Of a DNA stretch of 64,000 bases, positions 1 to 12,123 are shown piece after piece. The stretch is from Heterodontus francisci. Its lineage: Eukaryota. Made by a program: the position numbers and the translations under genes. Each line of letters opens with the position of its first letter. Position 1 is the first letter of the stretch. The stretch is taken from positions 65,559,326 to 65,623,325 of the forward strand of contig NC_090395.1 in NCBI RefSeq assembly GCF_036365525.1, given 5' to 3'. The notes beneath the pieces are model-generated. The model was given only the letters and a program-made list of their open reading frames with translations, searched no databases and was not told the origin of the DNA.

Positions 1-680
1 ACCCCACCAACCACTAAAACATTCATTCCCTCCACCACCAGCGCACTGTGTCTACAGAGTGTAGCACAGTGGCGCAGTGGTTAGCACCGCAGCCTCACAG
101 CTCCAGCGACCCGGGTTCAATTCTGGGTACTGCCTGTGTGGAGTTTGCAAGTTCTCCCTGTGTCTGCGTGGGTTTCCTCCGGGTGCTCCAGTTTCCTCCC
201 ACAGCCAAAAGACTTGCAGGTTGATAGGTAAATTGGCCATTATAAATTGCCCCTAGTATAGGTAGGTGGTAGGGGAATATAGGAACAGGTGAGGATATGG
301 TAGGAATATGGGATTAGTGTAGGATTAGTATAGATGGGTGGTTAATGGGCGGCACAGACTCGGTGGGCCGAAGGGCCTGTTTCAGTGCTGTATCTCTAAA
401 TCTAAAATCTAAAAAAATCTACAAGTTGCATTGCAGCAACTCACCAAGGCTCCTTCGACAGCACTCCCCAAACCCGCGGGCTCTACCACTGCGAAGGACA
501 AGGGCAGCAGGTACACAGGAACAACCTCAGCTCCAAGTTACACACCATCCTGAGTTGGAAATACATTGGTGTTTCTTCATTGCTGGGTGAAAATCCTGAA
601 ACTCCCCACTGAACAACTCTCTGGGAGCCCCTCACCACATGGATTGCAGCAGTTCAAGATGGCAGCTCACCACCACCCTC
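1..680 (+). mobile_element. 3' region of a decayed non-LTR retrotransposon (common shark LINE), split by a SINE and lacking its tail
   Basis: Reads IHSLHHQRTV..[SINE]..YKLHCSNSPRLLRQHSPNPRALPLRRTRAA, a LINE ORF2 C-terminus-like stretch; family recognised from memory only. Confidence 0.6.
57..417 (+). mobile_element. tRNA-derived V-SINE (HE1-like elasmobranch SINE)
   Basis: A box TGGCGCAGTGG, B box GGTTCAATTC, V-domain GTGTGGAGTTTGCA..TTCTCCC..GTGGGTTTCCTCCGGGTGCTCC, CR1-like tail with (TCTAAA)n; TCTACA duplicated at 51-56 and 418-423; close copies at 6888-7245 and 60527-60873. Confidence 0.9.
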
Positions 681-3600
681 TGTATTGCTAATTTGTGTAA
701 TCTCTCCTCGTAACTTAACCCCTGTAGTCCAGGTATCATTCTTGTAAACCTACGTTGCACTCCCTCCAAGGCCAATATATCCTTCCTAAGGTGTGGTGGC
801 CAGAACTGCTCACAGTACTCCAAGTGGGGTCTAACCAGGGTTTTGTACAGCTGCAGCATAACCTCTGTGTCTTTATACTCCAATCCTCTGGATATAAAAG
901 CTAGCATTCCATTAGCCTTTTTGATTATTTTCTGCACTTGCTGGTAGCATTTTAAAGATCTATGCACCTGAACCCCCAAGTCTCTTTGGACATCCACTGT
1001 ACTTAACATCTTCCCATTTAGAAAGTACCCTGCTCTATCCTTTTTTGGTCCAAAATGGATAATCTCACACTTGCCCACATTGAAATCCATCTGCCACAGT
1101 TTTGCCCAATCACCTAGTCGGTCAATATCTCTTTGTAATTTTATGCTATCATTTAGACTGTCTACAATGCCGCCTAACTTTGTATCATCAGCAGATTTGG
1201 ATATATGACTTATTATGCCGTCATCCAAGTCGTTAATGAATAATATGAATAATTGAGGCCCCAAACCAGATCCCTGCGGGACACCACTAGTTACATCCTG
1301 CCAATCGGAATACTTACACATTATCCCCACTCTCTGTTGCCTATCACTCAACCAACTTTCTAACCATGTCAATAATTTGCCCTCAACTCCATGGGCCTCT
1401 ACCTTAGTTAACAGTCTCTTATGTGGGACTTTATCAAATGCCTTCTGGAAGTCCATATAAATAACATCCATAGACATTCCCCTGTCCACTACCTTAGTCA
1501 CCTCTTCAAAAAATTCAATGAGATTTGTCAGGCATGACCTTCCCGTCATGAATCCATGCTGGCTGTCCCTGATTAACTGAAATTTTTCTAGGTGTTCAGT
1601 CACCCTATCCTTGATTATAGACTCCAGCAACTTGCCCACCACAGATGTCAGGCTAACTGGTCTATAATTTCCTTGGTTCCCCCTTTCACCCTTCTTAAAA
1701 AGTGGAGTGACATGTGCAACTTTCCAATCCAGAGGGACCACTCCTGAATCTAGGGAACTCTGAAAGACTATAGTTAGGGCATCTACAATGTGCTCCCCTA
1801 CTTCCTTTAACACTCTCGGATGGAAACTGTCAGGTCCTGGGGATTTCTCACTCTTTAGTTCCATTAATTTCCTTGTTACTGATGATTACTTACATTAATT
1901 GTATTAAGTCCCTGTCCCCTATCGGCTATTAATTTTTTCGGGACTTCCGGCAAGTATCCTCCTTTTCAACTGTAAATACTGAGGCAAAGTAATTGTTCAA
2001 CATGTCTGCCATTTCCCCATTATCAATGACAACATCTCCATTTTCAGCTTTTAGTGGCCTACATTGCTCTTGACCACCTGTTTTCCCTTTATGTAACTAT
2101 AAAATTTCTTCTTACTTATTTTGATGTCTCTTGCAAGTTTCCTTTCATAATCTCTTTTAGTAGCTCTTATAAGCTGCTTTGTGACCCTTTGCTGGTCTTT
2201 GTATCGATCCCATTCGGCCGGATCTGTGCTGCGTTTTGCATTTTTGTAAGCCATTTCTTTTTGTTTTATGCTATCCCTAATCTCTTTGTCCATGGCTGTT
2301 TTTTCTGTGAAGTGGAGCTTTTCTTCTCAGGGGTATATACCCACTCTGTATTTCGTTAAATGTTTCTTTAAATATTCTCCACTGTTCTTCAGTCGTTTGA
2401 CCCATTAACAGATCTACCCAGTTTACCGTGGACCGTCTCGGTCTCATCCCGGTAAAGTCAGCCTTACTCAAGTCTAAATATTCTAGTAGCTGATTCGTGC
2501 TTTTCACTTTCAAATGCTACCTTGAATTCGATCATGTTGTGATCACTATTTGATAAATATTCACGCACAGTTAGGCTACTAATTAAATTTGGCTCATTAC
2601 TCATAACTAAATCTAATATTGCATGTCCCCTTGTTACATCTAGGACATATTGCTGTAGGAAACTATCCCGGACACATTCCAGAAATTCACTACCTTTCTG
2701 ACAGGTGCTAGTCTGCCTCTCCCAATCTATGTGTAAGTTAAAATCCCCCATCAATACTACTCTGTCTTTGTTACACACTTACCTAATTTGTGCATTTATA
2801 CAATCTAACACCTCAGAACTGCTGACCACATCATAATCTTCCATTTGAATTTGCGCCTGCAGTTCATCTAGCTTATTCCTTACACTCTGTGCATTTGTAT
2901 ATAGAACTCTTATTTGGGCTATACCCCATAACTTGTCCCTCAGCACTGATGCTTTATTCGCCTGTTTATTATTTCTCTCTTCTGGTTTAACCAGTATACT
3001 TCTTGCGGTTTGGTAACAATCAGCCTCACCACTAACCTGCACTCCTACCTTTTCCTTTAACTTCCTGTTTTTCCATGCATCTGAACCGTCCCCCCCACTA
3101 TTTAGTTTAAAGCCCTTTCTACAGCCCTAGTTATATAATTTGCCAGGACTCTGGTCCCAGCATGATTCAGGTGGAGCCCGTCCCATCGGAACAGCTCCCT
3201 CCTTCCCCAGTACTGGTGCCAATGTCCCACGAATTCGAACCCATTTCTCCCACACCAATCTTTGAACCACGCATTTACCTCTTTAATCTTATTCACCCTT
3301 TGCCAATTTGCTCGTGGCTCAGGTAGTAATCTGGAGATTATTACCTTTTTGGTTCTGCTTTTTAATTTAGCCCCTAGCTGCTAATATTCCCTCAGCAGAA
3401 CCTCTAACCTAATTCTACCTATATTGTTGGTACCTACGTGGACCACGACAACTGGATCTTTCCCCTCCCACTCCAAATTCCTCTGCAGCCCAGATGAGAT
3501 ATCCCGAACCCTGGCACCAGGTGGGCAACAGAGCCTTCAGGACTCTCAATCCTGGCCACAGAGAACAGTGTCTATGCCCCTAACTGTACTATTCCTGATT

Positions 3601-4250
3601 ACGACTTCATTTCTCTTTTCTCCCCCCCCACTTGAATGGCTCCCTCTACCACGGTGCTGTGGTCAGTTTGCTCATCCTCCCTACAGTCTCTGCTCTCGTC
3701 CACACAGGGAGCAGGAATCTCGAACCTGTTGGACAAGGACAATGGCTGAGGCTCCTGCAGCACTACCTCCTGGATCCCTCTACCTGCCTCACTCATAGTC
3801 ACACCCCCCTGTCCCTGACCACTGGCCAAATTCACGGTAGTTAATCTAAGGGGTGTGACTGCCACCTGAAACACAGTGTCCAGGTAACTCTCCCCCTCCC
3901 TGATGTGTCGCAATGTCCGAAGCTCAGACTCCAGCTCATCAACTCTGAGCCGGAGTTCCTCGAGCAGCCAACGCTTACTACAGATGTGTTCACCAGGAAC
4001 GACAATGGGGTCCACCAGCTCCCACATCATGCAGGTACAACACATCGCATGGCCCTGCATCTCTATTTTATATAATTAGATTTTAATTTGTTTTTTAAAT
4101 TTCCGACTGGTCTTTAGTTTTTAATCTGTAAAATATTTCTCCTATTCACCTTCAATTTGAAATCAACTTAGAATAGATAATTCAAATTAGCAGTTATTTA
4201 CCAACCAATGAACGTACGGTTTTCCTGTGATGACACTCTTTGTTTTATTT
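681..4250 (-). mobile_element. Decayed CR1 LINE, 5'-complete but missing its 3' end
   Basis: ORF1 pieces 3599-4060 (Cys knuckle, leucine zipper) and 3102-3296 (SGNH esterase, DGLHLN); ORF2 pieces 2779-3042, 2464-2778 (GDFN, SDH), 2051-2513 and 632-1864 (RT: NYRPVSLTS, QHGF, GVPQGS, SADD); stops and frameshifts between them. Confidence 0.93.
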
Positions 4251-4774
4251 TTCACTCTGTTTTTACTCCCTTAAATTACCCAAAAGTTAGATTTACACTA
4301 GGTACCTTGATTCCCCTCCCAAAAAAAAACACTACCTACGACATTAAAAAAGAACTGTAGACCTTTCTCTGGTGGAGAGAAAAGATATGAATTGTTCCTG
4401 CAAGGTAAGAATGGTGCACCTTATCATTATGAAGGTGTTCATATTTGACTCACTGCTGAAAACAGGGCAACATGTTACGTGACATGTGGGTGCATGATAT
4501 TTAATTCTGCCACCTGGTAGCTGAGAGTTCGGTATCTACCCATCTCTGATTGCCATGAATTCCTACACCGCCACTGCTGACCTCCTTGACCAGGCACAAC
4601 TTCTTTGTCGCTCTTTTTCTCTCGTTGCTGGGGAAGATTATCTCTCCCCGACTCTTCAGTAGTACATCATGGGAGATATTGTTAATGGGGTGCAGCCTTT
4701 GAGCATCTTGAATCTATCTTGTATGATTGCTGTCTTTGTTCCGAACCTCCCAACTGCTCCAGATTCCATCTTCC

Positions 4775-6205
4775 TTTTCAAGTAAGGAGGTCGAGAGAAA
4801 ACAGGGAACTGCACGCCAGTTAGCCTAACATCAGTCTTTGGGAAGATGCGAGAAACCATTATTAAAGAAGTCTTAATATAGTACTTGGAAAAGCATAGTA
4901 TGATTAGAAAATGTCAGCGTAGTTTTACTAAAGGGAGATCCTGTTTGACAAATTTATTAGAATTTTTTGAGGATGTAACTAGTAGGGTAGATAAAGGAGA
5001 ACCAGTAGATGTCGTATACCTGGATTTTCAAAAGGCATTCGATAAGGTGCCACATAAAAGATTAATAGGCAAGATAAGGGCTCATGGGGGTAATATATTA
5101 GCGTGGATAGAGGATTGGTTAACAGACAGGAAGCAGAGAATGGGCATAAATGTAGCATTTTCAAGTTGGCAGGCAGTGAATAGTGAGATGCCGCAAGGAT
5201 CAGTGCTGGGGCCTTAGCTATTTACACTCTATGTTAATGACTTGGATGACGAGACAGAGAATAATATATCTAAGTTTGCTGATGATACAAAGCTCGGTGG
5301 AAAGGTAAGCTGCAGGATGATGTAGAGAGGCTGCAAAGAGATATAGACAGGTTAAGTGAGTGGGCAACAAGATGGCAAATAGAGTATAATGTCGGGAAGT
5401 GGGAAGTTGTTCACTTTGGTTGTAAAAATAGAAAAGCAGAATACTTTTTAAAAGGTGTAAAACTGGTAAGTGTTGATGTTCAAAGAGACTTGGGGGCACT
5501 TGTACAAGGAACACGTAAAGTTAACATGCAGGTGCAGCAGGCTACCAGGAAGGCAAATGGCATGTTGGCCTTTATTGCAAGGGGATTGAAGTACAGGAAT
5601 AAAGAAATCTTAGTAAAATTGTACAGGGCTTTGGTGAGACCACACCTGGAATACTGTGTGTAGTTTTGGTCTCCACGTTTAAGAAAGGATATACTTGTAC
5701 TGGATGCAGTGCAGTACTAGATTGGTCCCTGGGATGAGGGGGTTGTTCTATGATGAGAGGCTGAGTAAATTGGGCCTGTACTCTCTGGAGTTTAGAAGAA
5801 TGAGAGGCGATCTAATTGAGACATACAAGATTCTGAAAGGGCTGGATAGGGTAGAAGCTGAGAGATTGTTCCCACTGGTCAGGGAATCTAGAACACGGGG
5901 ACACCGTCTCAGGATAAGGGGTCAATCATTCAGGACTGAGATGAGGAGAAATTACTTCACTCAAAGGGTTGTGAATCTTTGGAATTCTCTACCCCAGAGG
6001 GTTGTGGATGCTCCATCATTTAATACATTTAAGGCTGGGATAGATAGATTTTTGGTCTCGCAGGGAATCAAGGGATATGGGGAGTGGGCAGGAAAGTGGA
6101 ATTGAAGCCCAAGATCAGCCATGATCATATTGAATGGCAGAGCAGGCTCAATGGACCATATGGTCTACTTCTGCTCCTATTTCTTGTGTGTTTTTGTGTG
6201 TGTTC
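4775..6205 (+). mobile_element. 5'-truncated CR1 LINE (RT to 3' tail), disrupted
   Basis: ORFs 4885-5217 (DFQKAFDKVPH, PQGSVLGP) and 5695-6105 (RRMRGDLIETYKIL, VVNLWNSLP); CR1 3' UTR with a TTCTTGTG-like tail. Confidence 0.92.
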
Positions 6206-6887
6206 TGACTGGCCCTTTAAATACTCAAGTTGAGATTGCATCATGTGCTTCTGCACCACACCCATTTAACGCCAAATGTGGAAGTAAAATTATGATAAGC
6301 TGTCTGTGTTAAAATGGCACAGACAGACTCACTGAAATTACTTCTGGGTTTCCTGCATGATATCTGACCCCTCTCACCAACCATGCCTTGAAGTTAATAT
6401 CGAGGCCATTGTAACTAATAGTTGAACCATCAGGTCTGCTTGAGGAGAAGAAAGTAAATGTTTCAACAATTAATAAAGAGGCTCCTTTTACCATCAAACA
6501 GTGGCTCGCTTTTCAACTTTAGTTTAGTTCATCTGTAAAGTTGAACTCCGTTAGACTGACCGAAGTATCCTGTTGATTACCTGTGCCACACATCAGCAAG
6601 CTGGTGGAACCTGTTAAGCTCTGTGGATTGATTCTATTTGATTATTTTCAAGGAATTTATACCATTAGCAACAATTTGCTTCTCACTGCTTTTGTTATTG
6701 TCTGATGATTAGTTTGATTCTGAATGTGAACATCTGACAGTGTGATATTTAATACAGTTCAGAAACAGGAAAATGTGGTGAGCATCCCATAAAATACATG
6801 GTGCAGTACCCAGAAGTTAAAGGAATTCTTAGCCCCATAATACTTGAAACTCTTGTTCAGAAAGTTGGACAGGCCACGAATTGGGTG

Positions 6888-7245
6888 TTTTAGTTTAGTT
6901 TAGTTTAGAGATACAGCACTGAAACAGGCCCTTCGGCCCACCGAGTCTGTGCCGACCATCAACCACCCATTTATACTAATCCTACACTAATTCCATATTC
7001 CTACCACATCCCCACCTGTCCCTATATTTCCCTACCACCTACCTATACTAGGGGCAATTGCTAATGGCCAATTTACCTATCAACCTGCAAGTCTTTGGCA
7101 TGTGGGAGGAAACCAGAGCACCCAGAGGAAACCCACGCAGACACAAGGAGAACTTGCAAACTCCACACAGGCAGTACCCAGAATTGAACCTGGGTCGCTG
7201 GAGCTGTGAGGCTGCGGTGCTAACCACTGCGCCACTGTGCCGCCC
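6888..7245 (-). mobile_element. HE1-like V-SINE in the intron after the gene A V exon
   Basis: Reverse complement of 57-417 with (TTTAG)n tail; absent at the equivalent position of gene B (59085-59120). Confidence 0.9.
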
Positions 7246-7399
7246 CATGTACGGAACATGAAGCGGTTTTCCTGACCTCTGCCCATTACCTGACAGACTC
7301 TGCACTGCTGCGGGGATATCAGAGTCATGTTTCTCCCAGATAAAACATTGATCAGACATTTCAGTCGAGAGTTATAAAGAAAATCACTGAGAAATGTAC

Positions 7400-7714
7400 C
7401 GGAAGATATTTGTAGCTCGACAGCAAACATTGGATCGAAGCCAGATTGTTCAATACCACAGCTGTACCATCCTGCATCGCCTGAGCGAAGATCCTTCATT
7501 GTAACAACAAATATTCCTTGTGTCTTGTTATCTGTGATTGACATTCTTTCATGTTGCCCATTTGATGTTACTAAAACTGAACACTGGTGATTCCAGCCAT
7601 GACACCAATATTTCACGTTTGACTGGTATTGCTGTGTCTCATAGTGACAATCTATTGTGATCAATCTTCCCACAATTCCTATTACGTTCTTTTTTGCCCA
7701 CAATGCACCTGAAA
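7400..7714 (-). CDS. Gene A exon 2: V-set Ig domain of a CD300/CMRF35/pIgR-like receptor
   Basis: ttgtctcctcag acceptor, G|GTACAT donor, 315 nt, phase 1-1; (V)SGALWA..ITIDCHY..KYWCHGWNHQC..RMSITDNKTQGIFVVTMKDL..DAGWYSCG..VELQIS; four Cys including the KYWC-x6-C pair of the CD300/pIgR family. Confidence 0.92.
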
Positions 7715-7969
7715 CTGAGGAGACAATATTTCAGAAATTGACCAGGAAATAACTGCTTGTTATAAACAGGTACATTTTAGTAAGTGTTACCACTGAGTAC
7801 AGATTCTATCTATTAATATATGGAATTCCTTCTAATTTGTGATGAAAGAAAACATTAGTATAGTGCCTTATCACGGCCTTAAGACGTGACAAAGCACTTC
7901 ACAGCAATGATTTTTTATTGAGCAAGAGTCACTTTTGTTATTGTGTCAGCTGTGAGTCAGTGCATTCTT

Positions 7970-8651
7970 GGAGGGAATTTTATGCTGAGGGTAGGGGTCT
8001 CGATGTCAGTGGAAACTGATGCTGAGATCCCTGTGCCGCTTCTTTTCCGGAAGTCCCAGTCTTGTAGAGCTGCCGGCCAGTCAGAGGCCAGCAGCTGCGG
8101 AGCCACCACAGAGTTGGTGGCTGCTACTGTACCTGTTGTGACCATACACTGAGGAGTGGCACTGGATCCGGGCTTAAGGTAATTCAGGTTGAGTGGGGTC
8201 TCATGGAGTGGGGGTCGCGGGAAGCGGATGATGGTCTGCAGCAAGGACGGGGGTGGCCCTCAGCGGGCCCCCTCCCCGTTCCCGATGCCGGATCCCTGAT
8301 TCAGGCACTAAGAGCATTTGAACAAAGGAAACCAGCCCCGACCAGACCTTGGAAGCTGCCTGCACAGTTTTTGTCGTCATGCTTCCCATGTAGCAACAAG
8401 GCCATCTGCTTCATGGGTTATTGCAGCTGAGACCGGAAGAGGCTCTTAATCTGGGGTTAATTACCCAGTTAGGGGCCTCAATTGGTGGCAATTGGTGATG
8501 GGGCATGAAGGCCATTCACAGGCCTCCTGCCACGGACTAAATTTTGGCGGAGGCGGGATGATGCCATAGTCCTCCCCCGCCATCATCCCCCCTGATATTA
8601 TGCTCTCCCCACCTTCAAACCTGTTGTGGAGGAGAGTATAAAATTCCACCC
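7970..8651. mobile_element. Non-autonomous Harbinger-like element (MITE)
   Basis: Imperfect TIRs GGAGGGAATTTTAT...ATAAAATTCCACCC; GC-rich body sharing GCCGGCCA(G/A)TCAGAG with 55997-56537. Confidence 0.6.
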
Positions 8652-8654
8652 CGG

Positions 8655-8885
8655 ATCTCTGAATCAGTAGATTTTGAGTTCAATTCCCACTCCAGAGAGC
8701 TGAGCATGAAATCTAGCCTGAATACCAGTGCAGTACAGATGGAGTGCTGCACTGTTGGAGGTACTGTCTTTCAGATGAATCATTAAACTGAGACCCTCAC
8801 TGCCCTCTCAGGTGGATGTAAAGTTTCCAATATAACTATTTTGAAGTAGAGCAGGGAAATTCTCCCCAGTGTCCTGCCCAACATT
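8655..8885 (+). mobile_element. DeuSINE/SacSINE1-like remnant
   Basis: Deu-domain-like CTGTCTTTCAGATGA..TAAACTGAG..TGCCCTCTCAGGTGGATGTAAA..GAAGTAGAGCAGGG..CCAGTGTCCTG; related copy at 45700-45989. Confidence 0.7.
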
Positions 8886-9165
8886 TGGGAAGGGAAGATT
8901 CAGGAACTTGTAGATAGACCAATGAGCAGGACCTTGAGAATAATAAACGCAGGATTATTCCCAGTGACACATGGTCTTCTCTATAAGAATAGTAAGATAA
9001 GGGAAGTAATTCTCTGGCTGGAGAGATGGCTCAGAAGAAAAGGCTTTGGATTCCTGCCACATCGGGGTCAATTCTGGATGAACAAAGGAACAAAGAACAA
9101 AGAAAATTACAGCACAGGAACAGGCCCTTCGGCCCTCCAAGCCTGCGCCGATCCAGATCCTCTAT

Positions 9166-12123
9166 CTAAACATGTCGCCTATTTTCTAAGGGTCTGTATC
9201 TCTTTTCTTCCTGCCCATTCATGTATCTGTCTAGATACATCTTAAAAGACGCCATCGTGCCCGCATCTACCACCTCCGCTGGCAACGCGTTCCAGGCACC
9301 CACCACCCTCTGCGTAAAGAACTTTCCACGCATATCCCCCCTAAACTTTTCCCCTTTCACTTTGAACTCGTGTCCTCTAGTAATTGAATCCCCCACTCTG
9401 GGAAAAAGCCTCTTGCTATCCACCCTGTCTATACCTCTCATGATTTTGTACACCTCAATCAGGTCCCCCCTCAACCTCCGCCTTTCTAATGAAAATAATC
9501 CTAATCTACTCAACCTCTCTTCATAGCTAGCGCCCTCCATACCAGGCAACATTCTGGTGAACCTCCTCTGCACCCTCTCCAAAGCATCCACATCCTTTTG
9601 GTAATGTGGCGACCAGAACTGCACGCAGTATTCCAAATGTGGCCGAACCAAAGTCCTATACAACTGTAACATGACCTGCCAACTCTTGTACTCAATACCC
9701 CGTCCGATGAAGGAAAACATGCCGTATGCCTTCTTGACCACTCTATTGACCTGCGTTGCCACCTTCAGGGAACAATGGACCTGAACACCCAAATCTCTCT
9801 GGACATCAATTTTCCCCAGGACTTTTCCATTTACTGTATAGTTCACTCTTGAATTGGATCTTCCAAAATGCATCACCTCGCATTTGCCCTGATTGAACTC
9901 CATCTGCCATTTCTCTGCCCAACTCTCCAATCTATCTATATTCTGCTGTATTCTCTGACAGTCCCCTTCACTATCTGCTACTCCACCAATCTTAGTGTCG
10001 TCTGCAAACTTGCTAATCAGTCCACCTATACTTTCCTCCAAATCATTAATGTATATCACAAACAACAGTGGTCCCAGCACGGATCCCTGTGGAACACCAC
10101 TGGTCACACGTCTCCATTTTGAGAAACTCCCTTCCACTGCTACTCTCTGTCTCCTGTTGCCCAGCCAGTTCTTTATCCATCTAGCTAGTACACCTTGGAC
10201 CCCATGCGCCTTCACTTTCTCCATCAGCCTGCCATGGGGAACCTTATCAAACTCCTTACTGAAGTCCATGTATATGACATCGACAGCCCTTCCCTCATCA
10301 ATCAACTTTGTCACTTCCTCAAAGAATTCTATTAAGTTGGTAAGACATGACCTTCCCTGCACAAAACCATGTTGCCTATCACTGATGAGCCCATTTTCTT
10401 CCAAATGGGAATAGATCCTATCCCTCAGTATCTTCTCCAGCAGCTTCCCTACCACTGACGTCAGGCTCACCGGTCTATAATTACCTGGATTATCCCTGCT
10501 ACCCTTCTTAAACAAGGGGACAACATTAGCAATTCTCCAGTCCTCCGGGACCTCACCCGTGTTTAAGGATGCTGCAAAGATATCTGTTAAGGCCCCAGCT
10601 ATTTCCTCTCTCGCTTCCCTCAGTAACCTGGGATAGATCCCATCCGGACCTGGGGACTTGTCCACCTTAATGCCCTTTAGAATACCCAACACTTCCTCCC
10701 TCCTTATGCCGACTTGACCCAGAGTAATCAAACATCTGTTCCGAACCTCAACATCCGTCATGTCCATCTCCTCGGTGAATACCGATGCAAAGTACTCGTT
10801 TAGAATCTCACCCATTTTCTCTGACTCCAAGCATAACATTCCTCCTTTGTCCTTTAGTGGGCCAATCCTTTCTCTAGTTACCCTCTTGCTCCTTATATAT
10901 GAATAAAAGGCTTTGGGATTTTCTTTAACCCTGTTTGCTAAAGATATTTCATGACCCCTTTTAGCCCTCTTAATTCCTCGTTTCAGATTGGTCCTACATT
11001 CCCGATATTCTTTCAAAGCTTCGTCTTTCATCAGCCGCCTAGACCTTATGTATGCTTCCTTTTTCCTCTTAGCTAGTCTCACAATTTCACCTGTCATCCA
11101 TGGTTCCCTAATCTTGCCATTTCTGTCCCTCATTTTCACAGGAACATGTCTCTCCTGCACGCTAATCAACCTCTCTTTAAAAGCCTCCCACATATCACAT
11201 GTGGATTTACCTTCAAAGAGCTGCTCCCAATCTACATTCCCCAGCTCCTGCCAAATTTTGGTATAGTTGGACTTCCCCCAATTTAGCACTCTTCCTTTAG
11301 GACCACTCTCGTCTTTGTCCATGAGTATTTTAAAGCTTACGGAATTGTGATCACTATTCCCAAAGTAGTCCCCTACTGAAACTTCAAACACCTGGCCGGG
11401 CTCATTCCCCAACACCAGGTCCAGTATGGCCCCTTCCCGAGTTGGACTATTTACATACTGCTCTAGAAAACCCTCCTGGATGCTCCTTACAAATTCTGCT
11501 CCATCTAGACCTCTAACACTAAGTGAATCCCAGTCAATGTTGGGAAAATTAAAATTTCCTATCACCACCACCCTGTTGCTCCTACATCTTTCCATAATCT
11601 GTTTACATATTTGTACCTCTATCTCACGCTCGCTGTTGGGAGGCCTGTAGTACAGCCCCAACATTGTTACCGCACCCTTCCTATTTCTGAGTTCTGTCCA
11701 TATTGCCTCACTGCTCGAGTCCTCCATAGTGCCCTCCTTCAGCACAGCTGTGATATCCTCTTTGACCAGTAATGCAACTCCTCCACCCCTTTTACCTCCC
11801 TCTCTATCCCGCCTGAAGCATCGATATCCTGGGATATTTAGTTGCCAATCATGCCCTTCCCTCAACCAAGTCTCAGTAATAGCAATAACATCATACTCCC
11901 AGGTACTAATCCAAGCCCTAAGTTCATCTGCCTTACCTACTACACTTCTTGCATTAAAACAAATGCACCTCAGACCACCAGTCCCTTTACATTCATCATC
12001 TGCTCCCTGCCTACTCTTCCCCTTAGTCACACTGATTTCATTATCTAGTTCCTTACAAGCTTTTGTTACTACCTCCTTACTGTCAACTGACCTCCTCAAT
12101 TGGTTCCCATCCCCCTGCCACAT
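9166..12123 (-). CDS. CR1 ORF2: APE endonuclease plus reverse transcriptase, 985 aa, uninterrupted
   Basis: EN motifs NARS, ITETW, YRPP, GNFN (canonical GDFN), LDL, SDH; RT motifs PGPDG, NYRPVSLTS, QHGF, GVPQGSVLGP, FADD; CR1 C-terminus RRRLRGDLIEVYK. Confidence 0.96.
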   Translation of the reverse strand: MWQGDGNQLRRSVDSKEVVTKACKELDNEISVTKGKSRQGADDECKGTGGLRCICFNARSVVGKADELRAWISTWEYDVIAITETWLREGHDWQLNIPGYRCFRRDREGGKRGGGVALLVKEDITAVLKEGTMEDSSSEAIWTELRNRKGAVTMLGLYYRPPNSEREIEVQICKQIMERCRSNRVVVIGNFNFPNIDWDSLSVRGLDGAEFVRSIQEGFLEQYVNSPTREGAILDLVLGNEPGQVFEVSVGDYFGNSDHNSVSFKILMDKDESGPKGRVLNWGKSNYTKIWQELGNVDWEQLFEGKSTCDMWEAFKERLISVQERHVPVKMRDRNGKIREPWMTGEIVRLAKRKKEAYIRSRRLMKDEALKEYRECRTNLKRGIKRAKRGHEISLANRVKENPKAFYSYIRSKRVTRERIGPLKDKGGMLCLESEKMGEILNEYFASVFTEEMDMTDVEVRNRCLITLGQVGIRREEVLGILKGIKVDKSPGPDGIYPRLLREAREEIAGALTDIFAASLNTGEVPEDWRIANVVPLFKKGSRDNPGNYRPVSLTSVVGKLLEKILRDRIYSHLEENGLISDRQHGFVQGRSCLTNLIEFFEEVTKLIDEGRAVDVIYMDFSKEFDKVPHGRLMEKVKAHGVQGVLARWIKNWLGNRRQRVAVEGSFSKWRRVTSGVPQGSVLGPLLFVIYINDLEESIGGLISKFADDTKIGGVADSEGDCQRIQQNIDRLESWAEKWQMEFNQGKCEVMHFGRSNSRVNYTVNGKVLGKIDVQRDLGVQVHCSLKVATQVNRVVKKAYGMFSFIGRGIEYKSWQVMLQLYRTLVRPHLEYCVQFWSPHYQKDVDALERVQRRFTRMLPGMEGASYEERLSRLGLFSLERRRLRGDLIEVYKIMRGIDRVDSKRLFPRVGDSITRGHEFKVKGEKFRGDMRGKFFTQRVVGAWNALPAEVVDAGTMASFKMYLDRYMNGQEEKRYRPLENRRHV

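Noticed and set aside
4480-4770. Possible decayed Harbinger Myb-like fragment on the - strand (EIIFPSNERKK)
   Set aside because: Too degenerate to support without an alignment
6581-6610. 30-nt AG..GT-bounded micro-exon (GSTSLLMCGT) as the next exon of gene A
   Set aside because: No pyrimidine tract and no similarity to gene B exons; unsupported
7080-7703. 207-aa ORF as a single-exon or secreted protein
   Set aside because: It is the V exon reading past its donor into intron and SINE sequence
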